NCBI GenBank assembly: GCA_042219045.1
Contig: JBDGQO010000033.1
Coordinates: 57,568-121,567 of the forward strand
Reading direction: 5' to 3'
Length of the DNA: 64,000 bases
From: Candidatus Bipolaricaulia bacterium
GTDB taxonomy: Bacteria > Bipolaricaulota > Bipolaricaulia > RBG-16-55-9
Shown: positions 9,675-18,355 of the stretch, piece by piece
Numbering within the stretch: position 1 is the first letter of the stretch
Layout of the letters: every line of letters starts with the position of its first letter
The notes under the pieces: model-generated
Seen by the model: only the letters and a program-made list of their open reading frames with translations
Database searches by the model: none
Told to the model about the DNA's origin: nothing
Program-made: the position numbers and the translations under genes

Positions 9675-10989
9675 GGATCGCACCGGGCACCGATCCCGAG
9701 TCTATGGGCGCGAACGGGCGATTCTGGTCGGCGTCGTCGCCGACCGGAGCCCGGAGGAGCGCGAGATGATGCAGGAGCTCGTCGAGTTGAGCCGCACGGC
9801 GGGCATCGAGGTGCTGCGCGTGGTGACCCAGCGCCGCGATCGGCCCGATTCGGCGACGTTCATCGGCGCGGGCAAGGCCGATCAGCTATACGAGCTTGCC
9901 GCGGAGTCCGGGGCCGACGCGATCGTCTTCAACGACTCCCTGACGCCGGCCCAAGGCCGCAACCTCGAGGAACGCGTCGGCGTCAAGGTCATCGATCGGG
10001 CGCAGCTCATCCTTGACATCTTTGCACAACGGGCCGAGAGCAAGGAGTCGAAGCTCCAGGTCGAGTTGGCCCAATTGGAGTATCTGCTGCCGCGGTTGCG
10101 CGGCTGGGGCGAAGCCCTCGGCCAGATGGGCGGCGGCATCGGAACCCGAGGCCCGGGTGAGACGCGCCTGGAGATGGAGCGGCAGACGATCGAGCATCGC
10201 ATCCACGACATCAAGGATCGGCTGGAGCAGGCAGCCAAAGAACGTCGCCTGCGCCGCAAGCGCCGCGACCGACAGTCGGTGCCGGAGATCGCGCTCGTCG
10301 GTTACACGAACACGGGGAAGTCGACGCTGCTGCGGGCATTGTGCGATACGGAAGCCCGCGTGGAGGATAAGCTGTTCGCCACCCTCTCGCCCAAGGTCCG
10401 CCAGGCCGAGTTGCCGGACGAGCGCCATGTCGTCTTTGTTGACACCGTCGGGTTCATCCGCAAGCTGCCGCACCAGCTCGTGCCGGCGTTCCGCGCGACG
10501 CTGGAGTCCGCCGAAAAGGCCGAGCTGTTGATCAACGTGTTGGATGCCTCCAGCCGCAGCGTGCTGGAGCAGGCCCGGACCATCCAGGGCGTCTTGAACG
10601 ATTTGTTCGGGGACGAGGCACGGCCGCCCATGATACACGTTCTGAACAAGGTCGACCGGCTCGAGAGCGATGCGGACCTGAGACGTCTGCGGGAAGCGCG
10701 ACTGGAACTGTCGCCGCTCGTGGAGGTCTCGGCCATCGACGAGCACAACCTTGACGGGCTGCTTGACGAGGTGAGCCGACTCCTGGCCTCAAGCCGTGAG
10801 CGGGTCCGTGTGGAGATCCCCTACAAACAAGCTGGGTTGGTGGAAAAGCTCCACGACTGGGGCCGCGTCCACGAGGAACGCTACGAGGCCGACGGCATCG
10901 TCATGGAAGCTGATCTTGACCGGGCCCAGATCGGGTCGCTGGAGAAACTGGGGGCCGAGAACGGCCTGCGGCTCATCCGCGCAACGTAA
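9655..10989 (+). CDS. hflX: GTPase HflX
   Basis: LILDIFAQRA, GIGTRGPGE, GYTNTGKST, DTVGFI and NKVD motifs. Confidence 0.95.
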   Translation: MSNRLIEDRTGHRSRVYGRERAILVGVVADRSPEEREMMQELVELSRTAGIEVLRVVTQRRDRPDSATFIGAGKADQLYELAAESGADAIVFNDSLTPAQGRNLEERVGVKVIDRAQLILDIFAQRAESKESKLQVELAQLEYLLPRLRGWGEALGQMGGGIGTRGPGETRLEMERQTIEHRIHDIKDRLEQAAKERRLRRKRRDRQSVPEIALVGYTNTGKSTLLRALCDTEARVEDKLFATLSPKVRQAELPDERHVVFVDTVGFIRKLPHQLVPAFRATLESAEKAELLINVLDASSRSVLEQARTIQGVLNDLFGDEARPPMIHVLNKVDRLESDADLRRLREARLELSPLVEVSAIDEHNLDGLLDEVSRLLASSRERVRVEIPYKQAGLVEKLHDWGRVHEERYEADGIVMEADLDRAQIGSLEKLGAENGLRLIRAT

Positions 10990-11998
10990 ACAGCAACGAT
11001 TCCAGCGTCAGCCGCGCGTTGGCGTTGGCCTGCAACAGCCTGGGGACGGCCTCCAACGCCTGAATGCACGCCCGGATGTGGGATGCGCTCGTCGCTGCCC
11101 GACGCGTCCGGAGTTCCTCTATCGCGTCCCGATGAAAAATACAGTCGTCAAATTCGCCCGCCAGCGCCATATCGCGATACCAGCGGAGCGCGTCGTGGAC
11201 AAAGGCCTCGAGCGCGGCTTCGCCCAGCTTGCTGAGTGCCTGCGCGGTCTCCAGGGTCTCATGGATCGGTTGATCCGCGAGTCGGCGCAAAAGCTCCCGC
11301 GTGCCTTCGTGGACCTGGACGGCGTCGTCACTGTCTAAAACCTCCGTCAGCGTCGCAAGGTCGGCGTCGCGCATAACCTCCTGCGCGCGGTCGCGGCGCT
11401 CCAGGACGTTGTCGGTCGGGTCCGATTCGGCGATAACGCCCGCCGCCCGGCTGGGAGCACCGTCGACGAGCGCGTTCCAATACGCGATTTCCTCGGTGGA
11501 GCGCCCATGCGAGCGGAGCGTCTCCTGGACGCGAGCGCGACTGGGCGGGGCGGCGCGCAGCACCTGACAGCGCGACAGGATGGTCGGCAGGAGCTGGCTC
11601 ACGTGGCGCGCCAGCAACAGCACCATCGTCTGCGGCGGTGGGGCCTCCAGAAGCTTCAGGAGGCTGTTTGAGGCCTCGCGACTGAGGGCGTCGGCTTCCG
11701 CAAGCACGTAGACCTTCTGTGGGGCTTCCAACGGGCGGTAGCGGGCGTCCTGTTGGAGGTTGCGGACCTGATCGATGGAGATGTTGGCGCCCGATCGCTC
11801 GATCCAGCGCACGTCGGGATGGTTGGCGTTAAGGACCTTTTGGCAGGCGGGGCACGCGCGACAGCCCGCATCGGGACAGAGCAGGCGCAACAGAAGCGTC
11901 TCGGCAATCTCCGGCGTCCCCTCGCCCACAATGAGGTAGGCCTGCGACAAGTTCCCATCGGCCAACGCCTCGCCCCAGAGGGCCTCGATCGCGTCCAT
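10973..11998 (-). CDS. holB: DNA polymerase III subunit delta'
   Basis: C..C..C Zn module, HPD, ISIDQVR, ASNSLLKLLEAPP and LLPTILSRCQ motifs. Confidence 0.85.
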   Translation of the reverse strand: MDAIEALWGEALADGNLSQAYLIVGEGTPEIAETLLLRLLCPDAGCRACPACQKVLNANHPDVRWIERSGANISIDQVRNLQQDARYRPLEAPQKVYVLAEADALSREASNSLLKLLEAPPPQTMVLLLARHVSQLLPTILSRCQVLRAAPPSRARVQETLRSHGRSTEEIAYWNALVDGAPSRAAGVIAESDPTDNVLERRDRAQEVMRDADLATLTEVLDSDDAVQVHEGTRELLRRLADQPIHETLETAQALSKLGEAALEAFVHDALRWYRDMALAGEFDDCIFHRDAIEELRTRRAATSASHIRACIQALEAVPRLLQANANARLTLESLLFTLRG

Positions 11999-12064
11999 AA
12001 CCGATATCATAGCGCACGACGCATGCCGATTTCGAGGCGAGAGACCTCGGCCTATAATGGATCG

Positions 12065-12997
12065 ATGATCGCATCCCCATGGCTCCTGGCGTTGGCCATC
12101 GCCGTGCCGTTGACGCTCATCCTTGCCGACCGGCTTCGGGTTTGGGCGCCGACGTTCGGGCTCGTCGACTCGTCCGATCGGCGCAAGCCGCACTGCGGCG
12201 ACGTTCCCGTGGGCGGGCTCGCCGTCATTGTCGGCAGCGTGGCGGCCCTGATCCCGTTGCTTATCCAGACGCCCTCGCTCGGCTGGTGGCTGGCCGGGGC
12301 GCTCGTCGTCTCGCTCGTGGGCCTTGTCGACGATCGTCTGTCCCTGTCACCGCTCGTGAAGCTCGGGGCTCACGCCGTCGCTGCAGGGCTGGCGCTCCAA
12401 CATGGCTGGGACGTGCGCGCTGTGTCGATCTTCGGATGGGAGGTCCAGCTGGGCATCGCGGCGGATCCCTTCGTCGGGATGTGGATCGTCGGCATGACGA
12501 ACGCGTTCAACCTGACTGACGGGTTGGACGGCCTTGCGTGCGGCGCCGCGGTTGTGCTGGCCCTTGCGTCGGGCGTCATGAGCGCCGTCTCCAGCGATGG
12601 GCAGGCACTGGCAATCGGCTGCGCCCTGGGCGGGTCGGCGTTGAGCTTTCTGTGGTTCAATCGCCATCCGGCCCAGGTGTTCCTGGGCGACGGGGGCAGT
12701 TACTTCCTCGGCTTTCTGCTCGCGCTTGTGACCCTGCGAGCTGTCGATCCCGCCGGGTCGTCCCCGGTGCCGTTGGACGCGCTCGGGATCATGTGGGGAT
12801 ACCCGATCGTCGACACGTCCTGGGCCATTGTGCGGCGAATCAAGGAAAAGCGCCCGATCCTGTCGCCGGATCGGGCGCATCTCCATCATCGCTTATTAAG
12901 CGCGGTCGGCCGCTATCGCACGAGCGTTTGGGCTCTCTATGGGGGCTTTGTGCTCTTGGCCATTGTCGGCGTTGCCGTGTGGACGCTCGGCCGTTAG
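12065..12997 (+). CDS. Polyprenyl-phosphate N-acetylhexosamine-1-phosphate transferase (WecA/TagO, GT4/MraY family)
   Basis: GLVDD, NAFNLTDGLDGL, FLGDGGS and DRAHLHHRL motifs; multiple TM segments. Confidence 0.88.
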   Translation: MIASPWLLALAIAVPLTLILADRLRVWAPTFGLVDSSDRRKPHCGDVPVGGLAVIVGSVAALIPLLIQTPSLGWWLAGALVVSLVGLVDDRLSLSPLVKLGAHAVAAGLALQHGWDVRAVSIFGWEVQLGIAADPFVGMWIVGMTNAFNLTDGLDGLACGAAVVLALASGVMSAVSSDGQALAIGCALGGSALSFLWFNRHPAQVFLGDGGSYFLGFLLALVTLRAVDPAGSSPVPLDALGIMWGYPIVDTSWAIVRRIKEKRPILSPDRAHLHHRLLSAVGRYRTSVWALYGGFVLLAIVGVAVWTLGR

Positions 12998-13698
12998 CGG
13001 CGCATGCCGAGGAACATCAGCACGAAGTAAGCCAGTTGCAGCACGGCGGTGGCCGCGGCCGCTACGTATGTCAACGCGGCGGCGTTGAGCACCTTGCCGA
13101 CGGATTGATGTTCCTGTTTGGAGGAGAGCGCGCCCACTTGGGGAAGGAGCTGCATGGCCCGGCTGCTGGCGTTGAACTCCACGGGCAATGTAACCAGCGT
13201 GAACACCACCATCGCGGCAAACGCGATAATGCCGACTAGCGCCAGTCCAGTGAAGTTCAGCAGGATGCCGCCAATGATGAGCCATGGGGCGAGCTGGCTC
13301 CCGATATTGGCCACGGGCACCACGGCGGAGCGGATCACCAAGGGCTGGTAGCGAGCGGCATCTTGGAGGGCGTGGCCGGCCTCGTGAGCGGCGACGCCGA
13401 TGTCGGCGAGCGACTTGCTCTCGGGATTGGAAAGGCGCAGGACCTTCTTCCTCGGGTCGTAGTGGTCCCCGAGCTGGCCGTCGATAGATTCGATGGCCAC
13501 GTCCCGCAGACGAGGTTGGCTCAGAGAAGTGGCGCCTCGGTCTAGGATGCGTTCCGCCACCTGTCGGGCCGTCAAGCCGGACGACGCGTTCACTTGCGCG
13601 AACTTGTTGTAGGTCCGCTTCACTTTGCTTTGCGCATAGATCGTCAAGATCAATGCGGGAGCCAGGAACAAGAGGTATAGGGGCGAAAAGAAGAACAT
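12994..13698 (-). CDS. Membrane zinc metallopeptidase (YugP-like)
   Basis: DHYDP, AAHEAGHALQ (HExxH), TLPVEFNASSRA and AAALTYVA motifs. Confidence 0.88.
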   Translation of the reverse strand: MFFFSPLYLLFLAPALILTIYAQSKVKRTYNKFAQVNASSGLTARQVAERILDRGATSLSQPRLRDVAIESIDGQLGDHYDPRKKVLRLSNPESKSLADIGVAAHEAGHALQDAARYQPLVIRSAVVPVANIGSQLAPWLIIGGILLNFTGLALVGIIAFAAMVVFTLVTLPVEFNASSRAMQLLPQVGALSSKQEHQSVGKVLNAAALTYVAAAATAVLQLAYFVLMFLGMRR

Positions 13699-13745
13699 AG
13701 CGGTCTCACCTCATTCGAGTAACCTGTGATCAGTCAGTCTTCGAC

Positions 13746-13774
13746 ATTATAGAGGGCTGTTCCGCCCCTCACAA
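13746..13774 (-). promoter_or_regulatory. Sigma70-type promoter of the zinc metallopeptidase gene
   Basis: Minus strand TTGTGA, 17 nt spacer, TATAAT. Confidence 0.6.
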
Positions 13775-13979
13775 GGCGGATGAACACGGCTTGAGGTGAC
13801 AAACCACTCGGACCCTGGGTGGTTCAACAGGGTAACACGCCCTGGTTCATTTCCATCATGAGATCATCCAGGGCTGGAGACACGAGATACCCCGATGAAG
13901 AACGACGCGCTTCCGTAGTGGCTGGAGGAGACGGATCTCACTCGCTATCATGAGGTCCATCGGGAAGCGAAACCGACAT

Positions 13980-14050
13980 TGGGGCGTGGTGTAATGGCAG
14001 CACTCCGGCCTTTGGAGCCGGCTGTGGAGGTTCAAATCCTCCCGCCCCAA
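13980..14050 (+). tRNA. tRNA-Gln(TTG), CCA not encoded
   Basis: Acceptor stem TGGGGCG/CGCCCCA, anticodon arm CCGGC-CTTTGGA-GCCGG, T-arm GGAGG-TTCAAAT-CCTCC. Confidence 0.93.
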
Positions 14051-14058
14051 CCCGCAGA

Positions 14059-14760
14059 ATGAATACACAATCGAATCTGGCGACCCTCTGCCAGTCCCTC
14101 GATCTGCCCCTCAGCGAAGCCGAACTCCAGGCAGCGTTTCTGCACAGCTCCTACGTCAACGAGTTGCCCGAGTCGGGGTTGACGTCCAATGAGCGACTGG
14201 AGTTTTTGGGAGACGCTGTCGTCGATCTGGCCGTCAGCGAATACCTCTTCGACAACGTCCCGCACGCCGAAGGCCGTCTGACGCGCATCAAAGCCGTGGT
14301 GGTGAGCGGCCCAACGCTCGCTGCCCGAGCTCGGCAGCTCCAGCTCCAGGACTGTCTCTATTTGGGCCGAGGCGAGGAGGCCTCGGGCGGACGCCAGCGG
14401 GAATCGATCCTGAGCGACACGTTCGAGGCGCTCGTTGGCGTCGTCTTTACACACCGCGGCTACGACGAGGCCGCGCGCTTCGTGCTCGATCAGCTGGAGG
14501 CCGACATTGAAAAGGCGCTGCGCGGCGAGCACCGACGAGATTACAAGACGCTGCTGCAGGAGCAGGCCCAGCGCCAGGGCCTCCGTCCGGTCTACTCGCT
14601 TGTGGCCGCCGAGGGCGCCGATCACGCCAAGCACTTCACGGTGCAGGTGGACCTGAACGGCGAGACAGCTCAGGGTGACGGGCGCCGCGTCAAGGACGCG
14701 GAACAAGCAGCCGCAAAACGGCTCTGCCAGCGTCTTGAAATCGTGGCAACGGAGGTCTAG
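14059..14760 (+). CDS. rnc: Ribonuclease III
   Basis: NERLEFLGDAV signature, DTFEALVG, C-terminal dsRBD (DYKTLLQE...KDAEQAAA). Confidence 0.96.
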   Translation: MNTQSNLATLCQSLDLPLSEAELQAAFLHSSYVNELPESGLTSNERLEFLGDAVVDLAVSEYLFDNVPHAEGRLTRIKAVVVSGPTLAARARQLQLQDCLYLGRGEEASGGRQRESILSDTFEALVGVVFTHRGYDEAARFVLDQLEADIEKALRGEHRRDYKTLLQEQAQRQGLRPVYSLVAAEGADHAKHFTVQVDLNGETAQGDGRRVKDAEQAAAKRLCQRLEIVATEV

Positions 14761-14794
14761 AATAGCAACGATCCAGACGTCGGGAGGGACGCGC

Positions 14795-15076
14795 ATGCCC
14801 CAGAAGGTTTTCACCACCCCGGAAGGCACCCAAGTGGAAGACGACGCTGTGGAGGTCCAGCCGGTTTCGGTCAGCAACGCAGGGCCTATCGTCTGGGAAT
14901 ACGATGACGACGAGCTCGCCCTGCAGCGTGTGGTGCTCCATCCGGACGGGGTTCGGCTCTGGAAGGCCGTCCATGAGATGGACAGCGACGGAAACCCGCT
15001 CATGACGTTCGAGCCCCACTTCGAAGCCGAGTCACACGACGACCGTCCTTCCGAGAACGAAAACGAACACGACTAA
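14795..15076 (+). CDS. Small acidic hypothetical protein (93 aa)
   Basis: GGAGG SD before ATG 14795; codon usage like neighbours; no recognised motif. Confidence 0.6.
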   Translation: MPQKVFTTPEGTQVEDDAVEVQPVSVSNAGPIVWEYDDDELALQRVVLHPDGVRLWKAVHEMDSDGNPLMTFEPHFEAESHDDRPSENENEHD

Positions 15077-15289
15077 TCCCACCACCTGTTCGACCTACTT
15101 CTCCATCTGGCGATCACGGCCCGATGCGGCATTGTGGCCATAGTCACATGTCTGATCAGAACGTGATCGCGTACGTCCCCGAATCTCCAATGAGAGGGTC
15201 CCCGAACACGCACAACGCCTGAATGACCCAGAATCGCGTCCTTCCAGGCGTGGACAATCCGGCGCATGCTGACGTTGGTGAGTCATACC

Positions 15290-15736
15290 ATGCGCAAGCG
15301 TTGCACCCTTTCAGCCGTTATCGGGCTCATGGTCGTTCCCCTATTGATTGCCGGATGCACGTTCTGGATCCAGACCAGTGACGGTCGCGTGCGATCGGTC
15401 AACGTTCCCGACGACCACGTGGAACGGTTCGTCAATCGCATGGATCAGCTCAGCGCTGACCTTCTCCAGGAGACAGAGCGGATCGGCGACTATCGTCTTC
15501 GTCAAGCAGCGGTCGAACTTCGCTGGACATATACCCAAGCTGTCGAAGGCATTGGGCAAGGGACGCCGGCTAATCCCGTCGATCTGGAGAACATCGAGGC
15601 CAAACTGGATGCGTTTGAGCGACAGCTGGATCAGCGCTTAAGCTCAGGCGCGGAGCGGCAGCGCTATCGGACCGTCCTTTGGTATTTCCAGGAGATCGAA
15701 CGGGCATATCAAGAGTTCCGGGACGCCGTCCTGTAG
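15290..15736 (+). CDS. Putative lipoprotein
   Basis: MRKR + hydrophobic stretch + lipobox IAGC; helical-looking mature part. Confidence 0.65.
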   Translation: MRKRCTLSAVIGLMVVPLLIAGCTFWIQTSDGRVRSVNVPDDHVERFVNRMDQLSADLLQETERIGDYRLRQAAVELRWTYTQAVEGIGQGTPANPVDLENIEAKLDAFERQLDQRLSSGAERQRYRTVLWYFQEIERAYQEFRDAVL

Positions 15737-15832
15737 ACTGGACCGATTCCCGAGCAAGGAACTCGACGTATCTGGCCAACCAATCAGGTCCTGCGGTGTC
15801 AGAGGAAGATTAAGGTACAGGCGGGCAGGCGG

Positions 15833-15908
15833 TGGTACGCCCGGGAGGACTCGAACCTCCGACCTCTGGCTCCGCAGGCCAGCGCTCTGTCCGCTGAGCT
15901 ACGGGCGC
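15833..15908 (-). tRNA. tRNA-Arg(GCG), CCA encoded
   Basis: Reverse complement GCGCCCGTAGCTCAGCGGACAGAGCGCTGGCCTGCGGAGCCAGAGGTCGGAGGTTCGAGTCCTCCCGGGCGTACCA; anticodon loop CTGCGGA. Confidence 0.95.
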
Positions 15909-15993
15909 ATGCTTCGTTTAGTGTAATCCGCACCCGTTGCCCCGTCAAGCGAGCCGTGCATCTCGATGAGTGGGTTCCTGCACATGGAACGCA

Positions 15994-16022
15994 TTGACAT
16001 TTGCGCCTTATCGTGGCAGGAT
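15994..16022 (+). promoter_or_regulatory. Putative sigma70-type promoter upstream of the micropeptide ORF
   Basis: TTGACA (15994-15999), 17 nt spacer, CAGGAT preceded by TG. Confidence 0.5.
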
Positions 16023-16048
16023 AATTCCCGAAAGGAGGTGCTCAACCC

Positions 16049-16138
16049 ATGTCTTGGACGCTACTGTTCGCTTTCTGGTTCATCTTCTTGACCTTCTTGT
16101 TCGCCTTCCTCGTCGGCGGCCCGGCAACGACGTTCTAG
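16049..16138 (+). CDS. 29-aa Phe-rich hydrophobic micropeptide
   Basis: AAAGGAGGTG SD then ATG; MSWTLLFAFWFIFLTFLFAFLVGGPATTF*. Confidence 0.65.
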   Translation: MSWTLLFAFWFIFLTFLFAFLVGGPATTF

Positions 16139-16214
16139 GCAAAGCGCCTCGAACGATCGCGGTGCTACGGCGAGACGATCGTGGGGTTGGGGACCGTAGG
16201 CCAAGGAGGTCATC

Positions 16215-17039
16215 ATGAGGCCCTTACGGATAGGGTCGATCCTGCTTGTCGCTGCCGTCGTTGGAGCCGTCCTCGCGGTTCCGGCGCTCGGTCAAGGCGG
16301 ATCAACCCAATCGCCGCTGAACGTAACCGTAACGACCGATCGACCCAATTACGATCCGGGCGATCTGGTCACGATCACGGTTCGAGTGACCCAAAACGGA
16401 CAGCCAACTTCGGCTCGGATCCACCGAGCCGTGCTCACCAAGTACAATCAGTGGGGCGTGGGCCAACAGCAGTCCATCGCCCGCCACTTCTACCAAAAGA
16501 GCCCTGGCGTTTTCGTTGCCCAGGCTAAGGCCGGGAAGCCCGGTCCGCGGCAGCTCTACGTCGCGGTCAAGACCTACCAAAAGAGCAAATGTGGCAGATG
16601 TGTCGGCATCAAGGCCGCCGGCACGGGCTCTTTTAACGTCAAGCCACGCCGTTCGAAGGTCCGGATCTGCAAGCCGGACTACGTGGTCAAGCACGTCGTC
16701 AACGTGCCGGACTGGAACGTCGATCCGCCGGTCAGTTGGGAGCTGTCGAATCGGGTCCTAAGGAACATTCGCAGCAGAGCCGGCAACGTCACGTTCGAGC
16801 TGGCCCCGGCTGGCACGGCGGTGTGGAGTTCAATCCCGCCGTTCGGGGTCGTCAATGACGATCTCAACAACCTGAAGTACTCGAAGCTGTCGTTCAATTC
16901 GCAGACCGGAACGATTTCGGGCAACCTCGACTTTCGCGACGCAGACCGCAACAACCCGAACTGGCACTTCTACATCCGAGCCCTCAACAGTCAGGGCGAT
17001 GTGGTCGCAACGGTCTGGATGCACATCGCGTTCCGCTGA
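16215..17039 (+). CDS. Secreted hypothetical protein with an Ig-like N-terminal domain
   Basis: AAGGAGGT SD; signal peptide; VTVTTDRPNYDPGDLVTITVRV resembles MG2/Ig-like starts. Confidence 0.75.
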   Translation: MRPLRIGSILLVAAVVGAVLAVPALGQGGSTQSPLNVTVTTDRPNYDPGDLVTITVRVTQNGQPTSARIHRAVLTKYNQWGVGQQQSIARHFYQKSPGVFVAQAKAGKPGPRQLYVAVKTYQKSKCGRCVGIKAAGTGSFNVKPRRSKVRICKPDYVVKHVVNVPDWNVDPPVSWELSNRVLRNIRSRAGNVTFELAPAGTAVWSSIPPFGVVNDDLNNLKYSKLSFNSQTGTISGNLDFRDADRNNPNWHFYIRALNSQGDVVATVWMHIAFR

Positions 17040-18308
17040 TCAAGCGTCGGTTGACGCTTGGTCGTCATCGACGTCCAAGACCTCGCAGTGGAGACGGCTT
17101 CGGTGGAGCCGCACCCAGACGCGCTCGCGCGGTTCCACTGAGGCTGCTGATTTGACGACATCCCCATCATCACGTTCCACGATCGCATAGCCCCGTTGCA
17201 GCAAGGCCGTCGGGTTGGCCGCGGACAGTCGATCGGTCAGCGCGTCCAGACGCTCGCGCGCGGCGGTGAGACGCGACTGGAAGGCTCGGCTCAACAGATC
17301 GCTCTGGTGATCGAGGGCCTGACGCGCGTCCTGGATGCGACGGACGGGGCGGCGGAACGCGTAACTTCCGATCAGCCGCTCGATGCGCAGTTCCTCGTTC
17401 TCCAGGCGAGTCCGTTCCCGTTGAGCCAGGCGTTGTGCCATGTCGTCAAGTTGGCCCATGATCTCGTCTCGATGGGGCGCAATAACCTCAGCGGCCGCCG
17501 ACGGCGTGGGCGCTCGCACGTCGGCCACAAAGTCGGTAATGGTGAAGTCGACCTGGTGGCCCACCGCGGAGACGACCGGCAGCCGGGAATGGAAGATCGC
17601 GCGGGCGACGATCTCCTCGTTGAACGCCCAGAGATCCTCCAACGATCCGCCGCCCCGACCGACGATGAGCGCGTCCAACGGTTCGACCTCGCGGTCATAG
17701 CGATTGGCCTGCTGGATGGCGTGCGTGATCTCGGTTTTCGCCTCGTCTCCCTGAACCCGAACGGGCCAGAGTCGGAGCTCCAGCATGGGATACCGACGGG
17801 CGAGCACGGAGCAAATGTCGCGGAACGCTGCGCCGCTTCCGGAGGTCACCACGCCGACCCGCTGAGGAAATCGGGCCAATGGCCCCTTGTAGTTTTCCTC
17901 GAACAGCCCTTCGTTCTGGAGCTTTGCCTTCAGTTGTTCGAACGCCAATTGGAGTTTGCCGAGCCCCGCTTCCTTGAGCTGGCGGACGGCGATCTGGTAT
18001 TTCCCCCGGCGCTCGTAGATCGTCAGCGAGCCGAACGCGAGCACGTTCATGCCGTCCTCCGGCGTGAAGTCGAGATTTCTGACGTAACCGCGGAACATCA
18101 CGGCGTCCAACTCCGACGATTCGTCCTTCAGCGTGAAATAGCAGTGCCCGGAGCGAAATTGCCGGAAGTTGGAGATCTCGCCCTCGACCCAGAGCTTGGG
18201 AAACTCAACCTCCAGCTGCTCGCGCACGACGGCATTCAGGTCCGAGACGGTATAGACGCTCGGTCCGTCGGCGGACGCATCAAAGGGCAGCTCGTTCATG
18301 GGCGGCAT
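17040..18308 (-). CDS. xseA: Exodeoxyribonuclease VII large subunit
   Basis: WVEGEISNF, GHCYFTLKD, RGGGSLEDLWAFN and RAPTPSAAAE motifs. Confidence 0.96.
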   Translation of the reverse strand: MPPMNELPFDASADGPSVYTVSDLNAVVREQLEVEFPKLWVEGEISNFRQFRSGHCYFTLKDESSELDAVMFRGYVRNLDFTPEDGMNVLAFGSLTIYERRGKYQIAVRQLKEAGLGKLQLAFEQLKAKLQNEGLFEENYKGPLARFPQRVGVVTSGSGAAFRDICSVLARRYPMLELRLWPVRVQGDEAKTEITHAIQQANRYDREVEPLDALIVGRGGGSLEDLWAFNEEIVARAIFHSRLPVVSAVGHQVDFTITDFVADVRAPTPSAAAEVIAPHRDEIMGQLDDMAQRLAQRERTRLENEELRIERLIGSYAFRRPVRRIQDARQALDHQSDLLSRAFQSRLTAARERLDALTDRLSAANPTALLQRGYAIVERDDGDVVKSAASVEPRERVWVRLHRSRLHCEVLDVDDDQASTDA

Positions 18309-18355
18309 AGCTCGAATAGATTAGTGTGATCCCTGAGTGCCAAGCAAGGGAGGCA

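Noticed and set aside
13980..15908. Integrative element bounded by the two tRNAs
   Set aside because: The segment contains core rnc, has no integrase, and I found no duplicated tRNA 3' end.
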